NCBI GenBank assembly: GCA_963716745.1
Contig: OY970320.1
Location: 1,408,001-1,472,000 of the forward strand
Length of the DNA: 64,000 bases
Reading direction: 5' to 3'
Source of the DNA: an uncultured Gemmatimonadaceae bacterium
Lineage (GTDB): Bacteria > Gemmatimonadota > Gemmatimonadetes > Gemmatimonadales > Gemmatimonadaceae
Position numbers and translations under genes: made by a program
Notes under the pieces: model-generated
What the model saw: only the letters and a program-made list of their open reading frames with translations
What the model was told of the DNA's origin: nothing
Databases searched by the model: none
Part shown: positions 30,644 through 40,554 of the stretch, one piece after another
Position numbering within the stretch: position 1 is the first letter of the stretch
How the letters are laid out: every line of letters begins with the position of its first letter

Positions 30644-31237
30644 ATGAGATTCTTGCGTGGGATCGCAGCGGCAGCGGCATTCGTGGCGGCGGGTACGGCG
30701 GCGGCGCAGGCGGACACGGGGCTGCAGGGCGTGGCGTCGGTGGGCGGGATCTTGGGACAGGGGGCTATGTTGTACGGCGCGCAGGCCGGTGTGGCGTTCA
30801 CGCTGCCGGACGATCGCTTCCAGATCCGCTATCTGGTGCAGTACTACGGGACCGGCAGTTACGGAGTGCCCGTCCCCGGCGGCTGCTTCGCGACGTGTCC
30901 GGTGACCACCAACAACAATTCGATCGTCGGCACCGCCGTGGGCGCGCGGTTCAATGTGTTCAACGCGGATCAAGCGCCGTATCTCGTCGGCACCGTTGGG
31001 CTGTATCAGTCGAGATTCGCGGTGAATACGTCGGCGGTCGCCGGGGACCCGGTCATCGCCGCGTCGCGACAGCAGTACCTGGCCACTGGTATCGGCGCGG
31101 GCGGCGGCATCGGGATCAATGTGAATGCCGGATTCGCTCGACTATATGGCGAGGTGCAGGTGATGTACACGACGCTCTACCATGGAACGAACGCGCCTTC
31201 GTTCTTCATGCCGGTGGTGGTCGGAATCGGATTCTAG
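30644..31237 (+). CDS. Exported outer-membrane beta-barrel-like protein
   Basis: Signal peptide AAAQA, amphipathic strands, PYLVG, terminal Phe (VVVGIGF). Confidence 0.6.
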   Translation: MRFLRGIAAAAAFVAAGTAAAQADTGLQGVASVGGILGQGAMLYGAQAGVAFTLPDDRFQIRYLVQYYGTGSYGVPVPGGCFATCPVTTNNNSIVGTAVGARFNVFNADQAPYLVGTVGLYQSRFAVNTSAVAGDPVIAASRQQYLATGIGAGGGIGINVNAGFARLYGEVQVMYTTLYHGTNAPSFFMPVVVGIGF

Positions 31238-31264
31238 CGACCACGGTCGATCGTGACGACAAGT

Positions 31265-31295
31265 GAAGGGCCCGGTCGGCGAGACCGGGCCCTTC
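31265..31295. terminator. Hairpin terminator between convergent genes
   Basis: GAAGGGCCCGGTC-GGCGA-GACCGGGCCCTTC. Confidence 0.7.
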
Positions 31296-31298
31296 TTG

Positions 31299-32765
31299 CT
31301 ACAGAATGTACTTCCGCAGGTCCTCGTCCTCAGCGATCCGCTTGAGCCGGTCGCGTACCATCGCGGCGTCCACGGTGATCGGCTGCTTGCCGCGGTCGGG
31401 GAGTTCGTAGAGCACATCCTCGAGCAGGGTGGACATCACGGTATGCAACCGCCGCGCACCGATGTTCTCCATGCGGTCGTTCACCTGCGCGGCGATCCGC
31501 GCGACCTCGGCGATGCCGTCGGGTGTGAACGACAGCTTCGCGCCCTCGGATTCCACGAGTGCGGCGTATTGCCGCGTGAGCGCGTTCTCCGGCTCGGTCA
31601 TGATGCGCACGAAGTCGGCTTCGGTGAGGTGCGTGAGCTCCACGCGGATCGGGAAGCGCCCCTGCAGCTCCGGGATCAAGTCGCTGGGCTTCGACACATG
31701 GAACGCGCCGGCCGCGATGAACAGCACGTGGTCGGTCTTCACCATGCCGTACTTCGTTTGCACATTCGAGCCTTCCACGATCGGCAGTAGATCGCGCTGC
31801 ACACCTTCGCGCGACACGTCGGGGCCGCCGCTGGCGGCACGCTCGCCGGCGATCTTGTCGATCTCGTCGAGGAAGATGATGCCCATCTTCTCCACGCGCT
31901 CGAGCGCGTCGGTGGTGACGTCCTCGCTGTCGATGAGCTTCTCGAGTTCCTGGTCCATGAGAATGCGGCGCGCCTCGGCCACCTTCACGGTGCGCTTCTT
32001 CGTGCGCTTGGGCATCATCTCCTGCAGCATCTCGCCGAAGTTGCCCATTCCCTCGGGCGCGCCCTGCGGCACGAGCATCTCGACCATCGGCGCCGATGGC
32101 TGCACGATCTCGACCTCCACCTCGCGCTCTTCGAGCTGTCCATCCACGAGGAGCTGGCGCAGCTTCTCGCGCGTGCGATGGTGGCGCTCGGCGGCGGCAT
32201 CCGGCACGCTCTCCTTGTTCACCGTGCCGCTCGAGGAGACGACGAAGAGCGCGGGCCCGGTGGCCGGGCGGTCGCCCGCGGCGGGTTCGTTCGCGGACGG
32301 CGCGTTCTCCACCGGCTTCGGGAGGAGCAGGTCGAGGATGCGTTCATCGGTGCGCTCGTACGCGAGGTCCTCCACTTCGTTCTCGCGCTCGGTGCGCACC
32401 ATGTCGATCGCGCTCTCGACGAGGTCGCGCACCATGGACTCGACGTCGCGGCCGACGTAGCCGACCTCGGTGAACTTGGTCGCCTCGACCTTGATGAACG
32501 GCGCGCTCGAGAGCTTCGCGAGGCGCCGCGCGATCTCCGTCTTGCCGACGCCGGTGGGCCCGATGAGGATGATGTTGTTGGGCGCGATCTCCTCGCGGAT
32601 CGCGTCGGGCGCCTGCTGGCGGCGCCAGCGGTTGCGCAGCGCGATCGCGACGGCCTTCTTGGCCTCGCCCTGTCCCACGATGTAGCGATCGAGCTCGGCA
32701 ACGATCTGGCGCGGCGTCAGATCGGCGAGCCGGGCGATCGCCTGTTGGGTGCGCTTGGACGGCAT
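31299..32765 (-). CDS. hslU: HslUV protease ATPase subunit
   Basis: [52 protein letters not shown]. Confidence 0.97.
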   Translation of the reverse strand: MPSKRTQQAIARLADLTPRQIVAELDRYIVGQGEAKKAVAIALRNRWRRQQAPDAIREEIAPNNIILIGPTGVGKTEIARRLAKLSSAPFIKVEATKFTEVGYVGRDVESMVRDLVESAIDMVRTERENEVEDLAYERTDERILDLLLPKPVENAPSANEPAAGDRPATGPALFVVSSSGTVNKESVPDAAAERHHRTREKLRQLLVDGQLEEREVEVEIVQPSAPMVEMLVPQGAPEGMGNFGEMLQEMMPKRTKKRTVKVAEARRILMDQELEKLIDSEDVTTDALERVEKMGIIFLDEIDKIAGERAASGGPDVSREGVQRDLLPIVEGSNVQTKYGMVKTDHVLFIAAGAFHVSKPSDLIPELQGRFPIRVELTHLTEADFVRIMTEPENALTRQYAALVESEGAKLSFTPDGIAEVARIAAQVNDRMENIGARRLHTVMSTLLEDVLYELPDRGKQPITVDAAMVRDRLKRIAEDEDLRKYIL

Positions 32766-32789
32766 ACGGGATTCAGCGGTTCGCCGAGC

Positions 32790-33323
32790 TCAGAGCTCGA
32801 GCACCGTGATGTTCCGGTTGGTGTAGATGCAGATGTCGGCGGCGATCTCGAGCGCCGAGCGCACGAGGTCGGGCGCGGAGAGCTTGGAGTTCGCCATGAG
32901 CGCGCGCGCGGCGGCGAGCGCGTACGGGCCGCCGGAGCCGATCGCGAGGATGCCATCGTCGGGTTCGATGATGTCGCCGGTGCCGGAGATCACGAAGCCA
33001 TGCTGTTTGTCGACGACGGCGAGCAGCGCCTCCAGGCGGCGGAGCACGCGATCGCTGCGCCATTCCTTGGCCAACTCCACCGATGCGCGCGGGAGATTCT
33101 CGGGATAGCGTTCGAGCTTCTCCTCGAATTTCTCGAAGAGCGTGAACGCATCAGCTGCGGCACCGGCGAATCCGGCGAGCACTTTGCCTCCGCGCAGTGC
33201 GCGCACCTTGAGCGCGTTGGCCTTCATCACCGTGTCGCCGACCGTGACCTGACCATCGCCGGCGATGGCGACTTTCCCATCGCGGCGCGCGGCGAGAATG
33301 GTGGTGGCGTGTGGGCGTTCCAT
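32790..33323 (-). CDS. hslV: HslUV protease peptidase subunit
   Basis: HATTIL, GDGQVT, AGFAG, IGSGG, ICIYTN. Confidence 0.97.
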   Translation of the reverse strand: MERPHATTILAARRDGKVAIAGDGQVTVGDTVMKANALKVRALRGGKVLAGFAGAAADAFTLFEKFEEKLERYPENLPRASVELAKEWRSDRVLRRLEALLAVVDKQHGFVISGTGDIIEPDDGILAIGSGGPYALAAARALMANSKLSAPDLVRSALEIAADICIYTNRNITVLEL

Positions 33324-33372
33324 ACAGGAAAGATAACGACACTCTGCGCGTTGGCGCTTAACAACACAAACA

Positions 33373-33471
33373 GCTTTGACAGGATTAACATGATTGACGG
33401 CATGATGAACGGCGCGCGAGCCGCTCCCACGCCGTTCATCATGCTGTTAGTCATGTTAATCCTGTCAAAGC
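33373..33471. repeat. Palindromic element, TTTGACAGGATTAACA family, copy 2
   Basis: GCTTTGACAGGATTAACATGATTGACGGCATGATGAACGGCG ... CGCCGTTCATCATGCTGTTAGTCATGTTAATCCTGTCAAAGC. Confidence 0.85.
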
Positions 33472-33484
33472 CGTTGTCGTCGTC

Positions 33485-34459
33485 TCAGGCGCGGGGATGT
33501 GCCTTCTTGTAGACCTCTTTCAGGCGCTCGACGCTGGTGTGGGTGTAGATCTGCGTCGTAGAGATCGAAGAATGGCCGAGGAGTTCCTGCACGGCGCGGA
33601 GGTCGGCGCCGGCGTCCAGCAGATGCGTGGCGAACGTGTGGCGCAGCGAGTGCACGGAGAGTCCCGCGTCTTCGTCGATGGCGTTCAGGAATTTCGAGAC
33701 GAGTTGCTGCACCGTGCGCGGTGCGATGCGGCGGCCGGTGCGCGCGAGGAAATACGCGTAGCGCTCTGATCGCGCGCCGAGTCGCTTCGTGAGCTCGTCG
33801 CGCTTGCCCTCGTAATTGCGCAGCGCGAGCTGCGCGTGGTCGCCGACGGGGACGATGCGTTCCTTGCGTCCCTTGCCGCGCACCTTCACCACCTGCGCGA
33901 CGAGATCGATGTCGGCGCGGTTGATGCCGGCGAGCTCCGAGAGGCGCATGCCCGTGGAGTAGAACAATTCCAGGATGGCGAGATCGCGCGTGCTCTCGAA
34001 GCGGCCGTCCTGCGCGCGGAGCTGTGCGGTCTCGAACAACAGATCGATCTGCGCGCGGTCGAGATACGCGGGCAGGTACTTGTCCTGCTTGGGCGTGGCC
34101 ACGCCGCGCGCCGGATTCGCCTCGACACGCTCGGCGTGGTGCATCCACTTGTAGAACGATCGCACGGCCGAGAGCGAGCGCGCGATGGAGCGCTTGCCGA
34201 GCCCGCGGCGGGTGAGGTGGCCGAGGTATCCGCGAATGGCGAGGCGGTCGAGCCCCTCGAAGGACCACGCCTCGCTTCCGTAGTAATTGCCGAGGAAGGC
34301 GACGAATTCCTCGAGGTCGCGGGTGTAGGCCTTCACGGTGTGCGCGGAGTCTTGGCGTTCTTTCTCGAGATAATCGAGATAGTCGAGCACCGGACTGCGG
34401 GCTGTCGGCTCTGGGCTGTCGCTTGCAACGGCGGGAGGCTTCGCGCGGCGGGGGCTCAT
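33485..34459 (-). CDS. xerC: Tyrosine recombinase XerC
   Basis: [52 protein letters not shown]; trmFO-xerC-hslVU context. Confidence 0.92.
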   Translation of the reverse strand: MSPRRAKPPAVASDSPEPTARSPVLDYLDYLEKERQDSAHTVKAYTRDLEEFVAFLGNYYGSEAWSFEGLDRLAIRGYLGHLTRRGLGKRSIARSLSAVRSFYKWMHHAERVEANPARGVATPKQDKYLPAYLDRAQIDLLFETAQLRAQDGRFESTRDLAILELFYSTGMRLSELAGINRADIDLVAQVVKVRGKGRKERIVPVGDHAQLALRNYEGKRDELTKRLGARSERYAYFLARTGRRIAPRTVQQLVSKFLNAIDEDAGLSVHSLRHTFATHLLDAGADLRAVQELLGHSSISTTQIYTHTSVERLKEVYKKAHPRA

Positions 34460-35793
34460 GGTGCCACCGGCGTGATCGCGCTCGCGGCGAGCCACGCGTC
34501 GAGATCGGCGAGGGCGCGCGCGGCCATCAGCTCCTTCTTCTTTTTCTTGTCGCGCTCGGGCTTGGCGAGATCGTCCACGAGACCGAAGTTCGCGTTCATC
34601 GGCTGGAAGTGCGATGGGTCGCTCTCGCGAAGATAACGATAGAGCGCACCGAGCATCGTGGTCGGCGGCGGGATCACCGGTTCCATTCCCGAAACGCGAC
34701 GCGCGAGATTGATCCCGGCGAGAAGTCCCGGTAGCGCTGCTCTCGGTGTAACCCTCCACGCCGCTGATCTGGCCGGCAAGAAAGACACAGGGATCGTCGC
34801 GCAGCGTGAGTGCGGAGGTGAGCGCGGCGGGCGTGTTCACGTACGAGTTGCGGTGGATCGAGCCGAAGCGCAGGAACTCCGCGCCGGCGAGGCCGGGGAT
34901 CATGCGGAAGACGCGCTGCTGCTCGCCGGTGCGGAGACGCGTCTGGAAGCCGACGAGATTCCACATGCGGCCCGCGCGATCCTCCTGGCGGAGCTGCACC
35001 ACGGCGCACGCGTCCTTGCCGGTTCGCGGATCGCGAAGGCCTACCGGCTTGAGCGGGCCGAATCGCAGCGTCTCGCGGCCGCGCGACGCCATCTCCTCCA
35101 CCGGCATGCAGCCCTCGAAGTAGGGTACCTCATCGAAGTCGTGGCCTTGGTACTTGTCGGCGGCGAGGAGCGCGTCGAGGAAACCATCATACTGCTCGCG
35201 CGACATCGGGCAATTGAGATACGCGCCGTCATCGCCGGCGCCTTCCATCGTCTCCTTGCCGTAGCGGGAGGCGCGGAACACGATCGCGTCGTCGATCGAA
35301 TCGCGCGCGATCACCGGTGCGATCGCGTCGTAGAACGCGAGCGCGGCGATGCCGAGGCGCTCGCGGATCTTGTCGGCGAGCGCGTCGGACGTGAGCGGGC
35401 CGGTGGCGATGATCGCTGGGCGACGGGATCTCCGTCACCTCGCCGAGCTCGATCGTGATGTTCGGATGCGCTGCCACGCGATCGTGTACAGCCTGCGAGA
35501 AGATCTCGCGGTCCACGGCCAGCGCGCTGCCGCCGGGCACGCGCGCACGATCCGCCGCCCACAATATGAGCGAGCCCATGCGCCGCATCTCGGCCTTGAG
35601 CAGCCCGTGCGCATTCGTGGTCTCGGTGCTCTTGAAGGTGTTGGAGCAGACGAGCTCGGCGAGCCGGTCGGTCTTGTGCGCCTCGGTCGTGACGCCGGGG
35701 CGCATCTCGTGGAGCACGCACCGGCACGCCGCGCTCGGCGAGTTGCCACGCGGCTTCCGATCCTGCCAGTCCGCCGCCGATGACGTGGACCAC
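34456..35793 (-). CDS. trmFO: tRNA (uracil-54)-methyltransferase TrmFO (Gid); apparent frameshifts ~35720, ~35420, ~34730
   Basis: [63 protein letters not shown] spread over several frames. Confidence 0.9.
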
Positions 35794-35805
35794 TGTTCCC
35801 GGGGC

Positions 35806-38343
35806 CTAGCTCGCGGCGGCGGCGGGCTCGGGTTCACCCGCCACGGCCCACTCGTTGCCGCACTTCAGGCACTTCCGGTATTCGCCGCGCGCCTTCGTTG
35901 ATTTCATCTCGGCGCCCATGTTGCCGCAGTCGGGGCATTTCTCGAGCACCGGCTTGTTCCAGCAGATGAAATCGCAGTTCGGATGATTGGCGCAGCCATA
36001 GAACGGACGGCCGCCCTTCTTCGAGCGCAGCTGGATAAGATCGCCGCCATCCTTCGGGCACATCACGCCGATCGGCAGCGCGCGCGTGCCGCGGCACTTC
36101 GGGAACTTGCTGCAGCCGAGGAATTCGCCGGAACGTCCCTGGCGGATCACCATGAAGTTGCCGCAGAGCTGGCAGATCTCCTTGGTCATCACCGCGGGCT
36201 TGCGGTCGCGGCCGAGCGGGCGCGTGTAGTCGCACGTGGCGGGCCGGTTCACGCACATCACGTACGGACCGAAGATGCCGCCCTTGGCCACGAGCTTGCC
36301 GCCGCACTTCGGGCAGCGCTCGTTGGGAAGGTTGGAGATGTCGTGCGCCTGCGCGATGAGTTCCTCGACGTTCGCGGCGTCGAGCGACTTGGAGAACGGC
36401 TTCCAGAAATCCTTGAGCACGTGCTGCCAGCCGAGGTCGCCCTCTTCCACCTTGTCCAGCTCCTGCTCCATCTCCGACGTGAATTTCACGTTGAAGATGT
36501 CGGGGAACTGGAGCACCATGATCTTCTCCACCGTCTCGCCGAGCGGCGTGGGGGTGAAGCGGCGCTGCTCGAGGAGCACGTAGCGGCGGTCGGCGAGCAC
36601 GGAGATGATGCTCGCGTAGGTGGACGGCCGGCCGATGCCGAGGCGCTCGAGCTCCTTCACGAGACTCGCCTCCGAGAAGCGCGGCGGCGGCTCGGTGAAG
36701 TGCTGGTGCGGCGTGATCTCGCGCACCGGCACGTTCTCCTTCACCTCGAGCACGGGGAGCGCCTGCTCGTCCTCGAGCGCGCGTCCCTCGCCTTCCTCGT
36801 GCGCCTCGCGGTAGAGCGCGAGGAATCCTTCGAACTTGATGACGCTGCCGGTGGAGCGGAACAGGTAGCGGCCGAGGTCGAAGTCCACGGTGGTGGTATC
36901 GAACACGGCGGGCGCCATCTGGCACGCCATGAACCGCTTCCAGATCAACTCGTAGAGCTTGAACTGCTCCGGCGAGAGGAATTTCTTGACGTCCTCGGGG
37001 CGGCGCGTCGGTTCGGTGGGGCGCACGGCCTCGTGCGCGTCCTGCGTGTTGGCGCCCGCCTTGCCATAGAGCTGCGGTCCGGCCGCGAGCGAGTCCGCCC
37101 CGTACTGCGCCGCCAGGAACGTGCGCGCCTGATCGGCGGCCGCCGGCGACACGCGCGTGGAGTCGGTGCGCATGTACGTGATGAGACCCACCTGCCCTTC
37201 TTCCTTGCCGAGCTCGATGCCCTCGTACAGGTCCTGCGCGACGCGCATCGTTTTCCGCGATCCGAAGCTCAGCTTCTTCGCGCCTTCCTGCTGCAGCGTG
37301 CTGGTGGTGAACGGCGCGGACGGATTCTTGCGGCGCTCGCGCTTGCGGACCTCGGTGACCTGGAAATGCTTGCGTCCCTTCAGGTCGGCGAGGATCGCGT
37401 TCGCGGTGGCACCGTCGTGGATCTCGGGTTTCTTGCCATCGAGCTGGTGCAGCTTGGCCGTGAACTTCTGCGCGTTCTTCTCGAGCAGCGCGTCGACCGT
37501 CCAATACTCCACCGGCTTGAACGCGCGGATCTCGCGCTCGCGCTCGACGATGAGTCGCAGCGCGACGGTCTGCACGCGGCCGGCGGAGAGGCCCTTCTTC
37601 ACGGTCTTCCAGAGGAGCGGGCTCGCCTTGTAGCCCACGAGCCGGTCGAGCACGCGGCGCGCCTGCTGCGCGTTCACCTTCTTGTCGTCGATGCGGCCGG
37701 CCTTCTTGATCGCGGCCTGCACCGCTTCCTTCGTGATCTCGTGAAAGAGCACGCGCTGCACCGGCGCGCCGTTCTTCTGCTTGATCGACTCGGCGACGTG
37801 CCACGCGATCGCTTCGCCCTCGCGGTCGGGGTCGGTCGCGAGATAGATGTGCGACGCGACCTTGGCGGCGCCCTTCAGCTCATCGAGCACCTTCTCCTTG
37901 CCGGGGACGGGCACGTACTTGGGCGTGAACCCGTTCTCGATGTCGATGCCGAGCCCCTTCTCGGGCAGATCGCGCACGTGGCCCACCGTGGCGCGCACGC
38001 GGAAATCGTTGCCGAGATACTTGCCGATGGTCTTCGCCTTGGCCGGCGATTCGACGATGACGAGGCGCTTGTTGTTGTAGGTCGAGAAATCGATGTCCGA
38101 CGCGACGGGCGGAGCTTCCTTCACTTTCTTCGAGGCACGAGCGGTCACCGCTGCGCGCTCTGAACTCGCACGCGCGACCGGCTTCTTCGGCGCAGCCTTC
38201 GGCTTCGGCGCGGGCTTCGCCTTGGCGATGGCCGATGGCCGATGGCCGATGGCCTTCTTTACGGGCGCAGCCCTCTTCGCCGGCGCGGCTCTATTCTTCG
38301 CCGCCGGCTTCTTCTTCGCCGCCACTTTCTTCTTGGTCGCCAC
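35806..38343 (-). CDS. topA: DNA topoisomerase I with Lys/Ala/Pro-rich N-terminal extension and C-terminal Zn ribbons
   Basis: [46 protein letters not shown], CxxC repeats. Confidence 0.97.
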   Translation of the reverse strand: MATKKKVAAKKKPAAKNRAAPAKRAAPVKKAIGHRPSAIAKAKPAPKPKAAPKKPVARASSERAAVTARASKKVKEAPPVASDIDFSTYNNKRLVIVESPAKAKTIGKYLGNDFRVRATVGHVRDLPEKGLGIDIENGFTPKYVPVPGKEKVLDELKGAAKVASHIYLATDPDREGEAIAWHVAESIKQKNGAPVQRVLFHEITKEAVQAAIKKAGRIDDKKVNAQQARRVLDRLVGYKASPLLWKTVKKGLSAGRVQTVALRLIVEREREIRAFKPVEYWTVDALLEKNAQKFTAKLHQLDGKKPEIHDGATANAILADLKGRKHFQVTEVRKRERRKNPSAPFTTSTLQQEGAKKLSFGSRKTMRVAQDLYEGIELGKEEGQVGLITYMRTDSTRVSPAAADQARTFLAAQYGADSLAAGPQLYGKAGANTQDAHEAVRPTEPTRRPEDVKKFLSPEQFKLYELIWKRFMACQMAPAVFDTTTVDFDLGRYLFRSTGSVIKFEGFLALYREAHEEGEGRALEDEQALPVLEVKENVPVREITPHQHFTEPPPRFSEASLVKELERLGIGRPSTYASIISVLADRRYVLLEQRRFTPTPLGETVEKIMVLQFPDIFNVKFTSEMEQELDKVEEGDLGWQHVLKDFWKPFSKSLDAANVEELIAQAHDISNLPNERCPKCGGKLVAKGGIFGPYVMCVNRPATCDYTRPLGRDRKPAVMTKEICQLCGNFMVIRQGRSGEFLGCSKFPKCRGTRALPIGVMCPKDGGDLIQLRSKKGGRPFYGCANHPNCDFICWNKPVLEKCPDCGNMGAEMKSTKARGEYRKCLKCGNEWAVAGEPEPAAAAS

Positions 38344-38345
38344 GA

Positions 38346-38582
38346 TTAATGCACCGTCACGTTGTCGCCGCCCAGGCCGTCGTCGATGAAGCCGACGCCT
38401 TCCATGAGCGCACGAAGATCATCGAGCGCGATGCGTCCCTCGATCTGCGAGAGCGCGCGCTCAATGAGCGATTCCAGCTCGTCGGCGCTCACGAGCCCGG
38501 CGCCGGCGAGCGTCATCAAGTGCCCCCACGCTTCGGGGGCGAATCGTCCCCGTTCGTGGGGACCGAGCACTCGGAAAGTCAT
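38346..38582 (-). CDS. DUF494/Smg-like protein (short form)
   Basis: FRVLGPHERGRF..EAWGHL..L...G; position upstream of topA. Confidence 0.7.
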   Translation of the reverse strand: MTFRVLGPHERGRFAPEAWGHLMTLAGAGLVSADELESLIERALSQIEGRIALDDLRALMEGVGFIDDGLGGDNVTVH

Positions 38583-38747
38583 TCAGCCTCGACCGTTGGC
38601 GGTCGGAAGACGGGTTCGAGCCTGTCGAAGGATTGGACACCCCAGACCGCCCGTTGTAACCGGATCATTGCCGCCCGGACCACGAAAACGGCCCGTCCGG
38701 CCTGTGAAGTGCAATAGTATAGTAGGGACGTCAAGTAGGCGCCCAAC

Positions 38748-39314
38748 CTAGCGGGCGGCCCCGGCTCCGGCAAGGCGCACGATCTCCGCGACGAGCGACG
38801 CCGGCGTCATCGCGCCAACGTCGAGCACGTGATCCGCCGACAAGTACACCGGTTCGCGCTCGGCGAGAAGACGCCGCATCGTCGCGAGTGGATCGGCCGT
38901 CTGCAACAGCGGGCGCTGGCGCTTCGCGCGGCGCACGCGCGAGAGCGCGACTTCCGGGCGCATGCGCAGATAAATGAGCAGCGAACGCGGCCGGAGCAGC
39001 GCCACGGCTTCCGCGCTCGTCACCCAACCGCCGCCCGGCGCCATCACGAGACCGCCGCGCTGCGCGAGATCGCGCGTGAGCGACAGTTCGCACGCGCGGA
39101 AATAGGCCTCGCCTCTCTCCGCGAAGATGCGATCGATGGACATTCGTTCGCGCGATTCGATCTCGATGTCGAAATCGATGAACGGGCGCGCCAAGCGCCG
39201 CGCCACGCGCCGGGCGGCCGAGGACTTCCCGACGCCCGGCAGCCCGACGATCACGATGTGCCGATCAGCGCTTGGGAGATCCGATACGGGCGGCAATGTG
39301 TGCCAAGTAGCCAT
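38748..39314 (-). CDS. aroK: Shikimate kinase
   Basis: GLPGVGKS, FIDFD, GEAYFR, PGGG, RPLL, REPVY. Confidence 0.92.
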   Translation of the reverse strand: MATWHTLPPVSDLPSADRHIVIVGLPGVGKSSAARRVARRLARPFIDFDIEIESRERMSIDRIFAERGEAYFRACELSLTRDLAQRGGLVMAPGGGWVTSAEAVALLRPRSLLIYLRMRPEVALSRVRRAKRQRPLLQTADPLATMRRLLAEREPVYLSADHVLDVGAMTPASLVAEIVRLAGAGAAR

Positions 39315-40464
39315 CGTGATTGCGGCGCGTCTCGCCCAGCGAATCGCCGCCGAATTTCTCGAGCATCGCCTGTGCGACGATGAAGGCGGTCATCGCCTCG
39401 GCGATCACGCCCATCGCGGGCACCGCGGTGACATCGCTGCGCTCGGCGACCGCTTGCGCGGGTTCGCCGGTGGCGAGATCGATCGTGGCGAGCGGGCGCA
39501 TGAGCGTGCTGATCGGCTTCATCGCGGCGTGGATGACGAGCGGCTCGCCGTTCGTGACGCCGGCCTCGAGACCGCCCGCGCGATTGGTGCGGCGCTGCAC
39601 GTTGCCGGTGCGCGCGCGGCCGGGCGCGAGCGTGATCTCATCGTGCACTTCGGCGCCAGTGCGGCGCGCGTTCTCGAACCCGGGACCGATCTCGACGCCC
39701 TTCACCGCGGGGATCGACATGATGGCCGCAGCGACGCGCGCGTCGAGCTTCCGGTCCCAGCTCACGTGCGAGCCGAGTCCCACGGGCAGGCCATCGCAGA
39801 TCACTTCGACGATGCCGCCGAGCGTGTTCCCTTCTTTCTTCGCCGCGTCGATCGCGGCGGTCATCTTCGCCTCGGCGTCGGCGTCGAGCGTGCGGAGCGG
39901 CGACTTGTCGGCGGCGGCGTTGAGATCGGCCGGCAGCGCCGACGGCAGGCGCGCGTCGATGCCTCCCAGGTGGATCACGTGACTCGCGACCGTGATGCCG
40001 AACTCGCGGAGGAAGCGGCGGCACACCGCGCCGGCGGCCGTGCGCGCGGCGGTCTCGCGGGCGGAGGCGCGCTCGAGGAGATCGCGGCCGTCGGTGCGAT
40101 CGTACTTGAGCATGCCGCTGAGATCGATGTGGCCGGGGCGTGCGCGAGTGACCGCACGTTTTCGCGGCGCCGGGTCGCCTTCGCGCGGCGCGGGGTCCAT
40201 GACCTCCTGCCAATTCTTCCAGTCGAGATTCGCGATGCGCATCGCGATGGGCGTGCCGAGCGTGAAGCCCGCGCGCACGCCGCCGAGGAATTCCACGGCG
40301 TCGTGCTCGATCTGCATGCGGCGGCCGCGGCCGTAGCCCTGCTGACGGCGCTCGAGGTCGACGTTTACGTCGGCGGCGAGCAGCGGCAGGCCGGCCGGCA
40401 TTCCCTCGAGGATCGCGAGGAGTGCAGGACCGTGCGACTCGCCGGCGGTAGTGAATCGAAGCAT
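39265..40464 (-). CDS. aroC: Chorismate synthase
   Basis: TAGESHG, RPGHID, ERASARETA, KPISTL, ERSDV. Confidence 0.97.
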   Translation of the reverse strand: MLRFTTAGESHGPALLAILEGMPAGLPLLAADVNVDLERRQQGYGRGRRMQIEHDAVEFLGGVRAGFTLGTPIAMRIANLDWKNWQEVMDPAPREGDPAPRKRAVTRARPGHIDLSGMLKYDRTDGRDLLERASARETAARTAAGAVCRRFLREFGITVASHVIHLGGIDARLPSALPADLNAAADKSPLRTLDADAEAKMTAAIDAAKKEGNTLGGIVEVICDGLPVGLGSHVSWDRKLDARVAAAIMSIPAVKGVEIGPGFENARRTGAEVHDEITLAPGRARTGNVQRRTNRAGGLEAGVTNGEPLVIHAAMKPISTLMRPLATIDLATGEPAQAVAERSDVTAVPAMGVIAEAMTAFIVAQAMLEKFGGDSLGETRRNHDGYLAHIAARIGSPKR

Positions 40465-40497
40465 GCGGTTAAGCTACGCGGCGGGGGTGAAAACGAA

Positions 40498-40530
40498 ACC
40501 CGCCCGGCGCGAACGGTGCGCCGGGCGGGT
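40498..40530 (-). terminator. Hairpin terminator after the pilMNOPQ-lipoprotein operon
   Basis: ACCCGCCCGGCGC / GCGCCGGGCGGGT stem followed by TTCGTTTT on the minus strand. Confidence 0.7.
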
Positions 40531-40554
40531 CTCGATGGGACTTGGAGCGGAGTA

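Noticed and set aside
33485..34459. Tyrosine recombinase as an integrase or shufflon invertase for the PilX paralogs
   Set aside because: Sits in the conserved topA-trmFO-xerC-hslVU housekeeping context; the PilX copies are direct, full-length genes with no inverted recombination sites seen
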